Below are positions 20,588 to 30,333 of a stretch of DNA of 64,000 nucleotides, piece after piece (the stretch's first letter is position 1; each line of letters begins with the position of its first letter). A model generated the notes under the pieces. It was not told where the DNA came from. It worked only from the letters and a program-made list of their open reading frames with translations, and did not search any database. Both the position numbers and the translations under genes were made by a program. The stretch is taken from assembly GCA_963667465.2 (NCBI GenBank), contig CAXXDN010000002.1, positions 1,280,001 through 1,344,000 on the forward strand, in the 5' to 3' direction. The DNA comes from Dehalococcoidia bacterium (GTDB lineage: Bacteria; Chloroflexota; Dehalococcoidia; UBA2979).

Positions 20588-21691
20588 CTACCCGCCGGCC
20601 GCCGCCGGCACGGCGTGGCCGAGCTTCGCGAGGCTGCCGCGCAGCGCCTCGAGGCCTCCTGCGACATCCTTGTCGGTCGTATAGCCGAGGTGGCCGAAGC
20701 GGATGATCTTGCCTCCGAGGCTCGCCTGGCCGCCGGCGAAGACGGTGTCGTAGTCCGTGCGGGCGATCGCCCGGACCTCGTCGGCGGAGATGCCCTCGGG
20801 CGGCAGCATGGCGGTCACGGTGTCGGAGCGGAAGCCCTCGGCGCCGTAGAGCTCGAGGCCCAGTGTCTCGAGGCCGGCGCGGACGCGCGAGGCGGTCGCG
20901 TGGTGGCGCGCCCAGACGGCCTCCATGCCCTCGGCGCGCAGCATGCGCAGCGCCTGCCGCAACTGGAACATGAGCGAGATCGCCGGCGTCCACGGCGTCT
21001 GGCCGGCCTCCTGCGAGCTCTGCGCCCGCCGCAGGTCGAGGTACATGCGGGGCGTGGTGCAGCGCTCCTGCGCCTCCCAGGCGCGATCGCTGACGCTGAC
21101 GAAGGCGAGCCCCGGCGCCGTCATCCAGCCCTTCTGCGAGCCGGACACGACCACGTCCAGGCCCCACGCGTCCGTCTCCAGCGGAATCGAGGAGAGCGAC
21201 GAGATGGCGTCGACGATCAGCAGCCGGTCGTGCTTGCGGACGACCCGCGCGATCTCCTCGAGCGGGTTGGTCACACCCGTCGAGGTCTCGTTGTGCGTCA
21301 CGAGCACGGCGCGGATCGCGGGGTCCGCGGCGAGGGCGTCGTCGATGCGTGCCGGGTCGGCGGCGCTGCCGTACACGAAGCCGAGGTGCACCGGGTCGCC
21401 GCCGTAGATGCGGATCAGCTCCAGGAAGCGCTCGCCGAAGACGCCGATCGTCACCACGAGCACGCGGTCGCCGGGCGAGACGTGGTTAACGACGGCGGCC
21501 TCCATGCCGGAGGTGCCGGAGCCGGACAGGGTGAGCACGTCGTTGGTGGTGCGGCAGGCGTAGCGCAGGCCCTCGTGGATCTCGCCGATCAGCTCGGCGA
21601 ACTCCGGGCCGCGATGGTTGATCATGGGTGCCGAGCCGGCCTCGACGACTTCCGCGGGAACGGGAATCGGGCCCGGCGTACGCAGGTTCAC
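20588..21691 (-). CDS. Class V PLP aminotransferase (alanine-glyoxylate / SerC-like)
   Basis: TPGP, HNETSTG, VDAISS, SGSQKG; upstream of serA. Confidence 0.9.
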   Translation of the reverse strand: MNLRTPGPIPVPAEVVEAGSAPMINHRGPEFAELIGEIHEGLRYACRTTNDVLTLSGSGTSGMEAAVVNHVSPGDRVLVVTIGVFGERFLELIRIYGGDPVHLGFVYGSAADPARIDDALAADPAIRAVLVTHNETSTGVTNPLEEIARVVRKHDRLLIVDAISSLSSIPLETDAWGLDVVVSGSQKGWMTAPGLAFVSVSDRAWEAQERCTTPRMYLDLRRAQSSQEAGQTPWTPAISLMFQLRQALRMLRAEGMEAVWARHHATASRVRAGLETLGLELYGAEGFRSDTVTAMLPPEGISADEVRAIARTDYDTVFAGGQASLGGKIIRFGHLGYTTDKDVAGGLEALRGSLAKLGHAVPAAAGG

Positions 21692-21797
21692 GGTGCCTCC
21701 GGGGACGGGGATTCAGGTCGGCTCAATGGGCGGGATTATCGTCCACCCGCACCCCGATAGCGTCAACGCAAGGGGTGGGCGTGGCGGGCGGCGGGCC

Positions 21798-24700
21798 TCA
21801 GCGGTCCTTGCGGCGTTCGCTGCGTTCGCCGCCGCCGCTGAAGACGACGCGCGTGCGCTTGCCGCCATGGATCTGCGGCTCGGCCGCGAGCTTGCGCCGA
21901 AGCAGCGCCATCGGCCCGTCCGGCTCGCAGAGCGAGTCGGGCAGCCCGAGTACGTCCACCAGTAGCGCACGATCGAGTTCGGCACGCGCCTCGTCCTCGT
22001 CGATCTGGTCGAACGGCAGGAACTGCCGCGTCCGAAGAGCCTCGAAGGCGTCTTGTGCGGCGCGGTGTTGCTCCGCCGACAACTCCCGCACGTCAAGCGC
22101 CGGGATACGCGGGATGCCTGTGACGGTCGTCGTCCCGCGCCCGGATTGCGTCTTGTTCGCCGTCCACCAGTGCAGCAGGAGCCCGAGCGTCGAGTTACAC
22201 CACAGCACGAAGGCGTACTCGTGATCGCGGTTCTCGAAGATCACAGATGGCCAGGCCCGCCCTCCGATGCAACGCCGCTCGGTTATCGCGACGATGAGGG
22301 ACTGCGAGTTGAACTGCACGTCGGTGCTGTAGTGCACGCGCGTGGCGGTCGCCCAAATGCGGGCTGCCTTCTCGTTGATCGCGGGCTGGGCGTCGGGCAC
22401 CCCAGCCTTGATCTGGCCCTCGGCGTCAGCCTCGACTACGAGCCTGCGTTCCCGCTTGTTGTCGTGCGCCCACAGCATCGGGTAGGTAGGGACAGGGTTG
22501 AGCGGAGGTTGGAGGCGCTCGAATGGGCCACGAGCGTACCCGCTGCGGGTCGTTTCCGTAATGTCGCGGTGAACCGGCCCGCGCCCAGCGAAATCGGCGA
22601 TGGGGGCCACGGGGACGCGGACGCCGACGGCGCCCGGGTCGCGGGGCGAGACGAGAAGTCCGCGTGCGAGAGAGTAGGCGGCCTGCGCCAGCGACATGTC
22701 GGCGACGCCGACCAGCGGCCACGGCCCCTCGTCAGGAAGAGGGCAATCGAGCAGGTGGCCGCAGTGGTCGTCGCCGAGGAGGATGGGAGTGCTGCCCACT
22801 GGGCCGTCCTCCAGTCGCCGTATTCGGCCTTGCCCGATCGTGCGCCGGATCGCGTCAGCGATGAGCTGGCTGCGGATGGCGGACGTCGGCTGCTGGCTGA
22901 GTACGGCGAAGACTGATCTCGGTCGGTCGGTCGGTCGGTCGGTCGGTCGGTCGGTCGGTCGGTCGGTCGGTCGGTCGGTCGGTCGGTCGGTCGGTCGGTC
23001 GGTCGGTCGGTCGGTCGGTCGGTCGGTCGGTCGGTCGGTCGGTCGGTCGGTCGGTCGGTCGGTCGGTCGGTCGGTCGGTCGGTCGGTCGGTCGGTCGGTC
23101 GGTCGGTCGGTCGGTCGGTCGGTCGGTCGGTCGGTCGGTCGGTCGGTCGGTCGGTCGGTCGGTCGGTCGTCTCTGACACTACCGTATCACGGGTAGCCAC
23201 CACGAGGCACTCGGCCATGCCCGTGTCCGCAGAGAACGAGCTGGCTTCAGATGCGGCCCCAGCGATCGTCACCACGAGCGCGTCGCGATAATGCTCGCAC
23301 CACTGCGCGCGGATCGCATCCCACGATCCACCGCTTACCGCGCTGAGTGGCAGCACGAGCGCCACCGCTCCTCCCACACTAAACGTGCGGTGCACCTCGC
23401 TTCCGTCGTCGTCCGCGGCAGCGCCGATCCGCACCTTGCGGTGCGCGAGCTCGGCGAAGTGCGACGCCAGCCCGGCGTTGTCGTTCGACGGGGCGTCGTC
23501 CGTCAGGCTTCGCACACGCGCGGACATTCGTGCCTGTTCCCGCGGGGTGGTGTCGAACGCGGCGTAGGCCGGGATGGGTACGTCGGCGTGAGCTGCCTCG
23601 TGGTTCGTGGGACGGGTGAACGGGGGATTCATGATCACAAGGTCGAACTGACCATGGGCCACGCGGGTCACGAGGTCCTGAACGTCCTCTGGTCGGCGAC
23701 CGCCCGCAGTCGTGGCAGCCGCCTGGCCGATGAGGCGCGGCTGCTCGTGCGCCGCGAGCAGGTCGAGCGAGCCAATCCGCACCTGGCGTCCGCGCTGCCG
23801 ACCGTACGGCATCGTCAACAGGCACTCCCCCTCGAACGGCGTGGCGGGCTGGGAGCCGGCGAGCATGGCGGCAGTGAGGTGTACGGCGATGTTGAGCACG
23901 TCGAGGCCGACGAGACCGTTCTTCATCATCGGTCCGTGGAGCTTCGCGGGATCGCCGCCATGCAGTTCGTGCAGTAACGAGAGCCGCGAGTAGGCGGCGG
24001 AGAGCAGCGTGCCCGTCCCACAGGCAAAGTCGCCGATCTGGAGCGAGGCCAGGGTGTCCTCGTCGCCCCACTCGGCCCCGCCCGGCGGCCGGTCGGTCGG
24101 CAGTGCGAGGCCCGCCAGCAGGGCCGCGGCGGCGGGCCGCGTGTAGTACGTGGCGAGGAACTTGCGGTCGGCGATCAACCGCTGGAAGACCACGCCCGTA
24201 AGGTCGTGCGAGCGGGTGATGCCGCCTGCGACCAGCCGCTGCGCCGTCCTCCACAGTGGTGCGAGCACGGCCTGAGCGGTTTCAGCGGGCAGGGAATGGT
24301 CACGGGAGGGATCGAGCAGCGCCTTCGCCGTGCCGAAGATCGGCCAGTAGTTGCGTTCGAGGATCGCGTCCCATTCGGCGAGCAGCGCCTCGCGATCGAA
24401 TATGCCGTCCGTCCGGAACGCCTCGACCGTCCGCACGGGCCGCTCGTCGCCCTCCGGGGCAACCTGGAAGTCGGCCTGGGCGAGCGCTTCGTGGAACACC
24501 ACCGCGTTGACGATCACTGTCATCGCCATGCGCCGCGACTGGCCACCCGGGTCGTCGGTCTGTTCGAGAACTCCGGCCAGCGCACGGCCTCGATCGCCGT
24601 CGTACTCGTGGCGCTCCGCGGACGCCTCCGCAGCCTCCTCGACGCCGTGCTCCAGTTCGTCGGCAAGCGCCTGGACGCGGGGAGCGGGCGTGGCTGCGCG

Positions 24701-25150
24701 CTGCACGAGCATCGCGAGGTCACGTACCGAGCCACGCAGCCACCCCGCTCCGGGCAACCGCTCCGGCTCGTCGTCCGTCGCCGTGTAGAGCGCGTACTCG
24801 AGCGCGTCGGTCCTCCGGATCGCCGCGCGCAGCGGTCCATCCTGCAACTGCTGAAACGCGGGCGGATAGACGAGGGCAATCGCCGTCTCGATCTGGTGCG
24901 CATTGCCGCTGGGCTTCTTCCCCAGCCGCGCGATCGCGTCTGCCTCGGCGCTCGCGTGGTTCGCCAGCTCGGCCTCGATCACCACGGGCCAGCCTGACGC
25001 TTCGAGCACGAGCACGTCAGGGCGGCCGCCGCCCTGGAGCACGCCGCCTGTGGCCTCGGAGTGGACCGTCCAACTGTCCGGGCGTCGCAGCCCGCGCAGC
25101 ACTTCGCCCAGTGCATCGTTCACGGTCTGTTCGTGCGTGCCCGGGCTCAT
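21798..25150 (-). CDS. Type IIG-like fused endonuclease / N6-adenine methyltransferase, frameshifted (OFF) at a tetranucleotide tract
   Basis: N-terminal RPDVLV...VIEAE (PD-D/ExK-like), SAM motif GDFACGTGTLL, catalytic DLVIMNPPF. ORFs 22436-25150 and 21798-22799 join into one frame when the repeat number is a multiple of 3. Confidence 0.85.
22921..23168. repeat. Simple sequence repeat (GGTC)62, i.e. (GACC)62 on the coding strand
   Basis: 248 bp perfect tetranucleotide array counted directly. Confidence 0.97.
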
Positions 25151-25157
25151 GCGCCAG

Positions 25158-25163
25158 AGTCTA
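25158..25163 (-). promoter_or_regulatory. Putative -10 element of a leaderless transcript for the RM gene
   Basis: TAGACT 7 nt upstream of ATG 25150; no SD sequence. Confidence 0.45.
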
Positions 25164-25187
25164 ACGCGCGCCGACCCTGCAAGCCTG

Positions 25188-27593
25188 CTACCGGACGGCG
25201 GCGAGGAGGGCGACGGTGACGCCGTCGCCGCCTTCCTGGCGCGTGGCGGTTTCGTAGGCGGTGACCAGGGGGTGGCCGTCGAGCAGCTCGCGGACGGCGC
25301 GGCGCAGCGCGCCGGTGCCCTTGCCGTGGATGATGCGCACGCGCTCGCGCCCGGCCCTCGCCGCGTCGTCGAGGAAGGCTTCGACCGAGGGCAGCGCCTC
25401 GGCGACGATCTGGCCGCGGATCTCGATCTGCTCGGGGGCGTTCGGCGCGGGCGGCGTGCGCACCGCGACGATCACCTCGCCGCCGGGCTGCTCGATACGC
25501 TCGACCTGGGCGAGGCGCACGCGGGTGCGCAGCGCGCCGAGCTGCACCTGGAACTCGCCCGCCTCGTCCGGCTCGCTCAGCGCCTCGCCCGGCGAACCGA
25601 TGCCGCGCAGCCAGACGTGCGAGCCGACCTCCGGGACAGGCAGCGTGCGCGGCGCCCTCGCCGCGACTCGCTCCCGAGGGGCGGGCGAGTCTTCGCTCGG
25701 CGGCTCCGGCTCCGGTGGCGGCTCGGGCGCGAGCGCCGCAGCAGCCTCGCGGGCGCGTTCGAGGTCGGCCGCCGCCTGCTCGAGGCGCGCCGACTCCACC
25801 TCGCGGCGCGCGCGTTGCAGCATCCGCTCCGCGTCGCGCACCTCCGCGCGGACGCGCTCGCGCGACTCGGCGCGCAGCCGCTCGCCCTCGTCGGCCAGCG
25901 CCGCGAGCTGCTGCTCGAGGTCGGCGCGCAGTTCCTCGGCGGCGGCGCGGGCGGCGGCGGCGCGGTCGGCGCGATCCTCGGCGGCGCTCAGTTGGGCGCG
26001 CAGCTCGCCGAGCACGGCCTCGAGGTCGCGCTGCTCGTGCGACAGGCCTTCGCGCGCGGCCTCGATGATCGCGCCGGGCATGCCGAGCCGCTCGGCGATG
26101 GCGAGCGCGTTGGACTGGCCCGGCACGCCGATGCGCAGCCGGTAGGTCGGCGCGAGCGTCTCGACATCGAACTCCACCGAGGCGTTGCGCACCGCCGGGT
26201 CGCGGTGCGCGAACAGTTTCAGCTCGCTGTGGTGAGTCGTTGCGATCAGCGTGGCGCCCGCCTCGATCAACCGTCCGGCGATCGCGATCGCGAGCGCCGC
26301 GCCCTCGGTCGGGTCGGTGCCCGCGCCAAGCTCGTCGAGGAGCACGAGCGAGCGTTCCCCGGTGCGCTCGAGGATGTCGATGATCGCGGTGACGTGGCCC
26401 GAGAAGGTGGAGAGCGACTGCTCGATCGACTGCTCGTCGCCGATGTCGGCGAAGACGGCGTCGTAGACGGGGATGCGCGTGCCCTTGTCGGCCGGGACGG
26501 GCAAACCGGCGAGGGCCATCAGCGAGAGCAGCCCGGCGGTCTTGAGGGCGACGGTCTTGCCGCCGGTGTTCGGCCCGGTGATCAGCAGCGCCCGCGTCTC
26601 GCCGCCCGCCTCGATGCTGACGGGCACGACCGCGCCCTCGAGCAGCGGGTGCCGCGCCTCCACGAGGTGGAGCGTGGCGGGGGCCTCGACGAGCCACGGG
26701 ACGTCGCTGCCCGCCTCGGTGAGGTCGGCGGCGCCGATCTCCGCGGCGAGACTCGCCTTGGCCAGCGCGAGGTCGATCCTCGCGAGGCGCTCGACGGCGT
26801 CGACCAGCTCGTGCTCGGCCTCGCCGGCGGCCTCGGAGATGGTGCGCATGATGCGCTCGATCTCGTGGCGCTCCTGCGCCTGCAGCTCGCGCCAGCGGTT
26901 GCCGAGGTCGATCACGGCGAGCGGCTCGACGTAGATCGTCGCGCCGGAGGCAGAGGTGTCGTGGACGATGCCGGGCACGGCGCTGCGCGACTCGGCGCGC
27001 ACGGGCAGCACGTAGCGCCCGTCGCGCAGCGTGACGATCGGGTCCTGCAGCGCCGGGCGCAGCGCCGAGGAGCGCAGCAGCGCCTCCATGCGCTGCTGCA
27101 GGCGGCCGTGTACGGCGTCGCGCTCGCGGCGGATTGCCTCGAGCTCGCGGCTCGCCGAGTCCCGCACCTCGCCGCGCCCGTCGACGGCGGCGGCGATCAG
27201 CCCGCGCAGCGCCTCGAGGTCGGCGAGCCCGGCGGCGCGCGTGGAGAGCAACGGGGTCTCCTGGCGCACCCGCGCAAAGGTGCGCCGCAGCCGCGTCGAG
27301 GCCCTCGCGAGGTCGGCGATCTCCAGCAGCTCCGAGGGCGCGAGTACCTGCCCGCGCCCCGCCGCGCGCGCCGGGGGCCGCACGTCGCGCACGCCGCCCA
27401 GCCCGACCTCGACGCGCAGGGTCCGCAGGCGCACCGCCTCGGCGGTCTCGCGCTGGCGGCGGACGGCGCGATCGCGGTCGGCGACGGGGCGCAGCTCCAG
27501 CGCCAGCTCGCGCCCGGCGGAGAACGACGTCGCGCGAGCGAGCCGCTCCCGGATTGCCGGGAACTCGAGGACGGCGAGCGCCTTATCGTCCAG
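25188..27593 (-). CDS. mutS2: MutS2 with C-terminal Smr domain
   Basis: ITGPNTGGKT, DIGDEQSIEQSLSTFSGH, LLDELGAGTDP, IIHGKGTG; probable CTG start (MDDKALAVLEF) after GGAG. Confidence 0.95.
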   Translation of the reverse strand: MDDKALAVLEFPAIRERLARATSFSAGRELALELRPVADRDRAVRRQRETAEAVRLRTLRVEVGLGGVRDVRPPARAAGRGQVLAPSELLEIADLARASTRLRRTFARVRQETPLLSTRAAGLADLEALRGLIAAAVDGRGEVRDSASRELEAIRRERDAVHGRLQQRMEALLRSSALRPALQDPIVTLRDGRYVLPVRAESRSAVPGIVHDTSASGATIYVEPLAVIDLGNRWRELQAQERHEIERIMRTISEAAGEAEHELVDAVERLARIDLALAKASLAAEIGAADLTEAGSDVPWLVEAPATLHLVEARHPLLEGAVVPVSIEAGGETRALLITGPNTGGKTVALKTAGLLSLMALAGLPVPADKGTRIPVYDAVFADIGDEQSIEQSLSTFSGHVTAIIDILERTGERSLVLLDELGAGTDPTEGAALAIAIAGRLIEAGATLIATTHHSELKLFAHRDPAVRNASVEFDVETLAPTYRLRIGVPGQSNALAIAERLGMPGAIIEAAREGLSHEQRDLEAVLGELRAQLSAAEDRADRAAAARAAAEELRADLEQQLAALADEGERLRAESRERVRAEVRDAERMLQRARREVESARLEQAAADLERAREAAAALAPEPPPEPEPPSEDSPAPRERVAARAPRTLPVPEVGSHVWLRGIGSPGEALSEPDEAGEFQVQLGALRTRVRLAQVERIEQPGGEVIVAVRTPPAPNAPEQIEIRGQIVAEALPSVEAFLDDAARAGRERVRIIHGKGTGALRRAVRELLDGHPLVTAYETATRQEGGDGVTVALLAAVR

Positions 27594-28983
27594 GGGACTG
27601 CTCCGGGCCGCCCTCGCCCGGGTGGCAGAGTGCGGCCAGTGCACCGGCGACGTAGCGGTCGGCGGCGGGCTCGACCGTACGCGGGTCGAGCAGCACCGCG
27701 CCGCGCTCGATGCGCGCGACGATCGGCGGGTCGGCGGCGCGCAAGGCGGCGGCGAAGGCGGCGGCGCCGCCCGGTGGCGCGGCGACTGCGCAGACCGGCG
27801 ACTCGAGGCCCTCGCCCGGGAGCGAGCCGCCGCCGATCATCGAGCGCGCCGTGTCGAGGGAGGCGTCCGCCTCGTCGCCGCAGACGCGCGCCCAGCGGCG
27901 CGCGCGCCGCCGCAGCCCGACGGGCGAGGCGGCGATCATGCGCCAGATCGGGATCTCCTCGCTGGCCTCGCCGCGCGCGTAGTGGCCGAGGGTGGCGGCC
28001 AGTCCGGCGATCGAGGCCTTGTCCATGCGCACCGCGCGGGCGAGCGGGTGGCGCTGCATCGTGCCGATCGCGCCCTCGCGGCCGACGGCGACGCCCGCCT
28101 GCGGTCCGCCGATCAGCTTGTCGCCGGAGAACAGCGCCACGTCCACCCCGGCCGCGATCGAGTCGCGCACCAGCGGCTCTTCGCCGAGCCCGTACTCGCG
28201 AGGATCGAGCAGCGCTCCGCTGCCGAGGTCGTCGATCAGCAGCAGCCCGCGCTCGCGGGCGAGCGAAGCCAGCCCGGGGAGCGGCGTCTCCTCGGTGAAG
28301 CCTACAACGCGGAAGTTCGAGGCGTGGACGCGCAGCAGCGCGACGGTCCGCTCGCTGATCGCCTCGGCGTAGTCGCGCAGGTAGGTGCGGTTCGTGGTGC
28401 CGACCTCGACGAGGGTGGCGCCGGACTGGCGCATCACGTCGGGAATGCGGAAGCCGCCGCCAATCTCGACGAGTTGGCCGCGCGCGATCACCACCTCGCC
28501 CCCGGCGCAGAGCGCGGAGAGCGCGAGCAGCAGCGCCGAGGCATTGTTGTTGACCGCGATGCCGGCCTCCGCGCCCGTCACGCGCGCGAGCAGCTCGGCG
28601 AGGTGGCTGAAGCGCGAGCCGCGCGCCCCGGCCTCGAGATCGAACTCGAGGTTGGAGTAGCCCTCGGAGGCGGCGGCCATCGCGGCGACCGTCGCGTCCG
28701 AGAGTGGCGCGCGTCCGAGGTTGGTGTGGATGATGACGCCGCTCGCGTTGACGACGCGGCGCAGGCTCGGCTCCAGGCCCGCGGCGCGATCGGCGACCGC
28801 CTCGGCAGCCGGCTGCTCGGGCAGCGCGCCGGAGCGCTCGATCGCGTCGCGGTAGTCGTCGAGGACCTCGCGCGCGACGCGCACGATCGCGTCGTGGCCG
28901 TGGCGCTCGGCGAGCGGGGCGACGCGCGGGTGCGCCAGCAGCCGCTCGATCGCCGGCAACTCGCGGTACGGGTTCGTCGTCAT
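27583..28983 (-). CDS. selA: L-seryl-tRNA(Sec) selenium transferase
   Basis: NASGVIIHTNLGRAP, YSNLEFDL, VNNNA, LVEIGGGFRIPDVM, EVGTTNRT, FSGDKLIGGPQAG. Confidence 0.97.
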   Translation of the reverse strand: MTTNPYRELPAIERLLAHPRVAPLAERHGHDAIVRVAREVLDDYRDAIERSGALPEQPAAEAVADRAAGLEPSLRRVVNASGVIIHTNLGRAPLSDATVAAMAAASEGYSNLEFDLEAGARGSRFSHLAELLARVTGAEAGIAVNNNASALLLALSALCAGGEVVIARGQLVEIGGGFRIPDVMRQSGATLVEVGTTNRTYLRDYAEAISERTVALLRVHASNFRVVGFTEETPLPGLASLARERGLLLIDDLGSGALLDPREYGLGEEPLVRDSIAAGVDVALFSGDKLIGGPQAGVAVGREGAIGTMQRHPLARAVRMDKASIAGLAATLGHYARGEASEEIPIWRMIAASPVGLRRRARRWARVCGDEADASLDTARSMIGGGSLPGEGLESPVCAVAAPPGGAAAFAAALRAADPPIVARIERGAVLLDPRTVEPAADRYVAGALAALCHPGEGGPEQSPGR

Positions 28984-29136
28984 CGTCGCGTCCTCACGCA
29001 ACCACGCGCCCTCGGGGTGCGCCACTGAGCACTCTCGATTGTACGTTCGCGCCGCGGCCCTGCCGAGGGCGGCGCGCCGAGGGCGGACGCGCTGCGCTAT
29101 CTTCGCGGGCGACCCGCGATCGCAAGGAGGCAGGCG

Positions 29137-30333
29137 GTGGACTTCACGCTCGCGCCGGAGGTGGACGAGCTGCGCCGCCGCATCCGGGACTTCACGCAGA
29201 CGCGCATCATCCCCCTCGAAGCCGACCCGGACTCCTGGGACGAGCACGAGAACATCCGCCTCGACCTGCTCGAGGACGTGCGCGCCGAGGTCAAGGCACA
29301 GGGCCTGTGGGCGCCTCAGATGCCGCGCGAGCGCGGCGGGCTCGGCCTCGGCGTGGCGGGCATGGCGGCCTGCTACGAGGAGATGGGCCGCGCGCTGTTC
29401 GGCCCGGCCTGCTTCAACTGCGCCGCGCCCGACGACGGCAACATGATCCTGCTCGAACGCGTCGGCACGGAGGCGCAGAAGGAGCGCTGGCTCGACCCGA
29501 TCATCGAGGGCCGCGTGCGCTCGGCGTTCGCCATGACCGAGCCCGCGCCGGGCTCCGGCTCGGACCCCTCGATGATGCTGACCACTGCCGAGCGCGACGG
29601 CGAACACTGGCGCATCAACGGGCGCAAGTGGTTCATCACTGGCGGGGCGGAGGCGCAGCACTTCATCCTCGTCGCGCGCACCGGCGACGACGAGCGCCGC
29701 GGCCTGACCGCCTTCCTCTTCGACGCCGGCCAGCCCGGCTGGGAGATCGAGCGGCGCATCCCGATCATGGGCCCCGAGGAGCACGGCGGGCACTGCGAGC
29801 TGCGCTTCGACGACCTCGTGATCCCCGACGAGCAGCGACTGATGGAGGTCGGCGAGGGGCTGAAGGCGACACAGATTCGCCTCGGGACGGCTCGCCTGAC
29901 GCACTGCATGCGCTGGCTCGGCATGGCGCAGCGCGCAATGTCGATCGCCGCCGGCTACGTGCGCGAGCGCGAGAGCTTCGGGCAGAAGCTGCACGAGCAC
30001 GAGGGCGTGCAGTGGATGCTCGGCGAGGTCGCGATGGCGATCGAGGTCGGCCGCCTGCTCACGATGCGCGCAGCGTGGCGGCTCGACCAGGGCGACTTCG
30101 CGCGCCAGGACGTCTCGATGGCGAAGATCCACGTCTCCGAGACGCTGCACAAGGCCGTCGACACCGCGATCCAGCTCTGCGGCGCACATGGCTACTCGAA
30201 GGACACGCCGCTGGAGTGGATGTACCGCTACGCCCGCCAGGCGCGGCTCGTCGACGGCGCGTCCGAGGTGCACAAGATGGTGCTGGCCCGGCTCTACATG
30301 CAGGAAGAGCACGACTTCTGGAGCTGGCAGTGA
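29137..30333 (+). CDS. Acyl-CoA dehydrogenase (ACAD10/11, LvaC-like)
   Basis: FNCAAPDDGNM, FAMTEP, NGRKWFITG, RLTHCMRWLG, RLVDGASEVHK. Confidence 0.92.
   Translation: MDFTLAPEVDELRRRIRDFTQTRIIPLEADPDSWDEHENIRLDLLEDVRAEVKAQGLWAPQMPRERGGLGLGVAGMAACYEEMGRALFGPACFNCAAPDDGNMILLERVGTEAQKERWLDPIIEGRVRSAFAMTEPAPGSGSDPSMMLTTAERDGEHWRINGRKWFITGGAEAQHFILVARTGDDERRGLTAFLFDAGQPGWEIERRIPIMGPEEHGGHCELRFDDLVIPDEQRLMEVGEGLKATQIRLGTARLTHCMRWLGMAQRAMSIAAGYVRERESFGQKLHEHEGVQWMLGEVAMAIEVGRLLTMRAAWRLDQGDFARQDVSMAKIHVSETLHKAVDTAIQLCGAHGYSKDTPLEWMYRYARQARLVDGASEVHKMVLARLYMQEEHDFWSWQ

Noticed and set aside
22921-23168. CRISPR array or genuine (GRSV)n protein on the plus strand (ORF 22696-23196)
   Set aside because: No spacers, only a 4-bp unit; the plus-strand ORF is a shadow of a stop-free repeat.
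24090-24100. Second short GGTC run in the RM gene (encodes PTDRP)
   Set aside because: Under three units; similar runs occur in uvrA and yraN and are expected at this GC content.
24903-28298. 1131-aa plus-strand ORF and many other long overlapping ORFs
   Set aside because: Antisense shadows of mutS2/selA and other genes; no motifs, and stops are rare at high GC.
27583-28983. Selenoprotein genes near selA
   Set aside because: I found no in-frame TGA at a Cys-equivalent position in the genes read; TusA and DsrE use Cys codons and end in TAG. selB, selC and selD were not seen.
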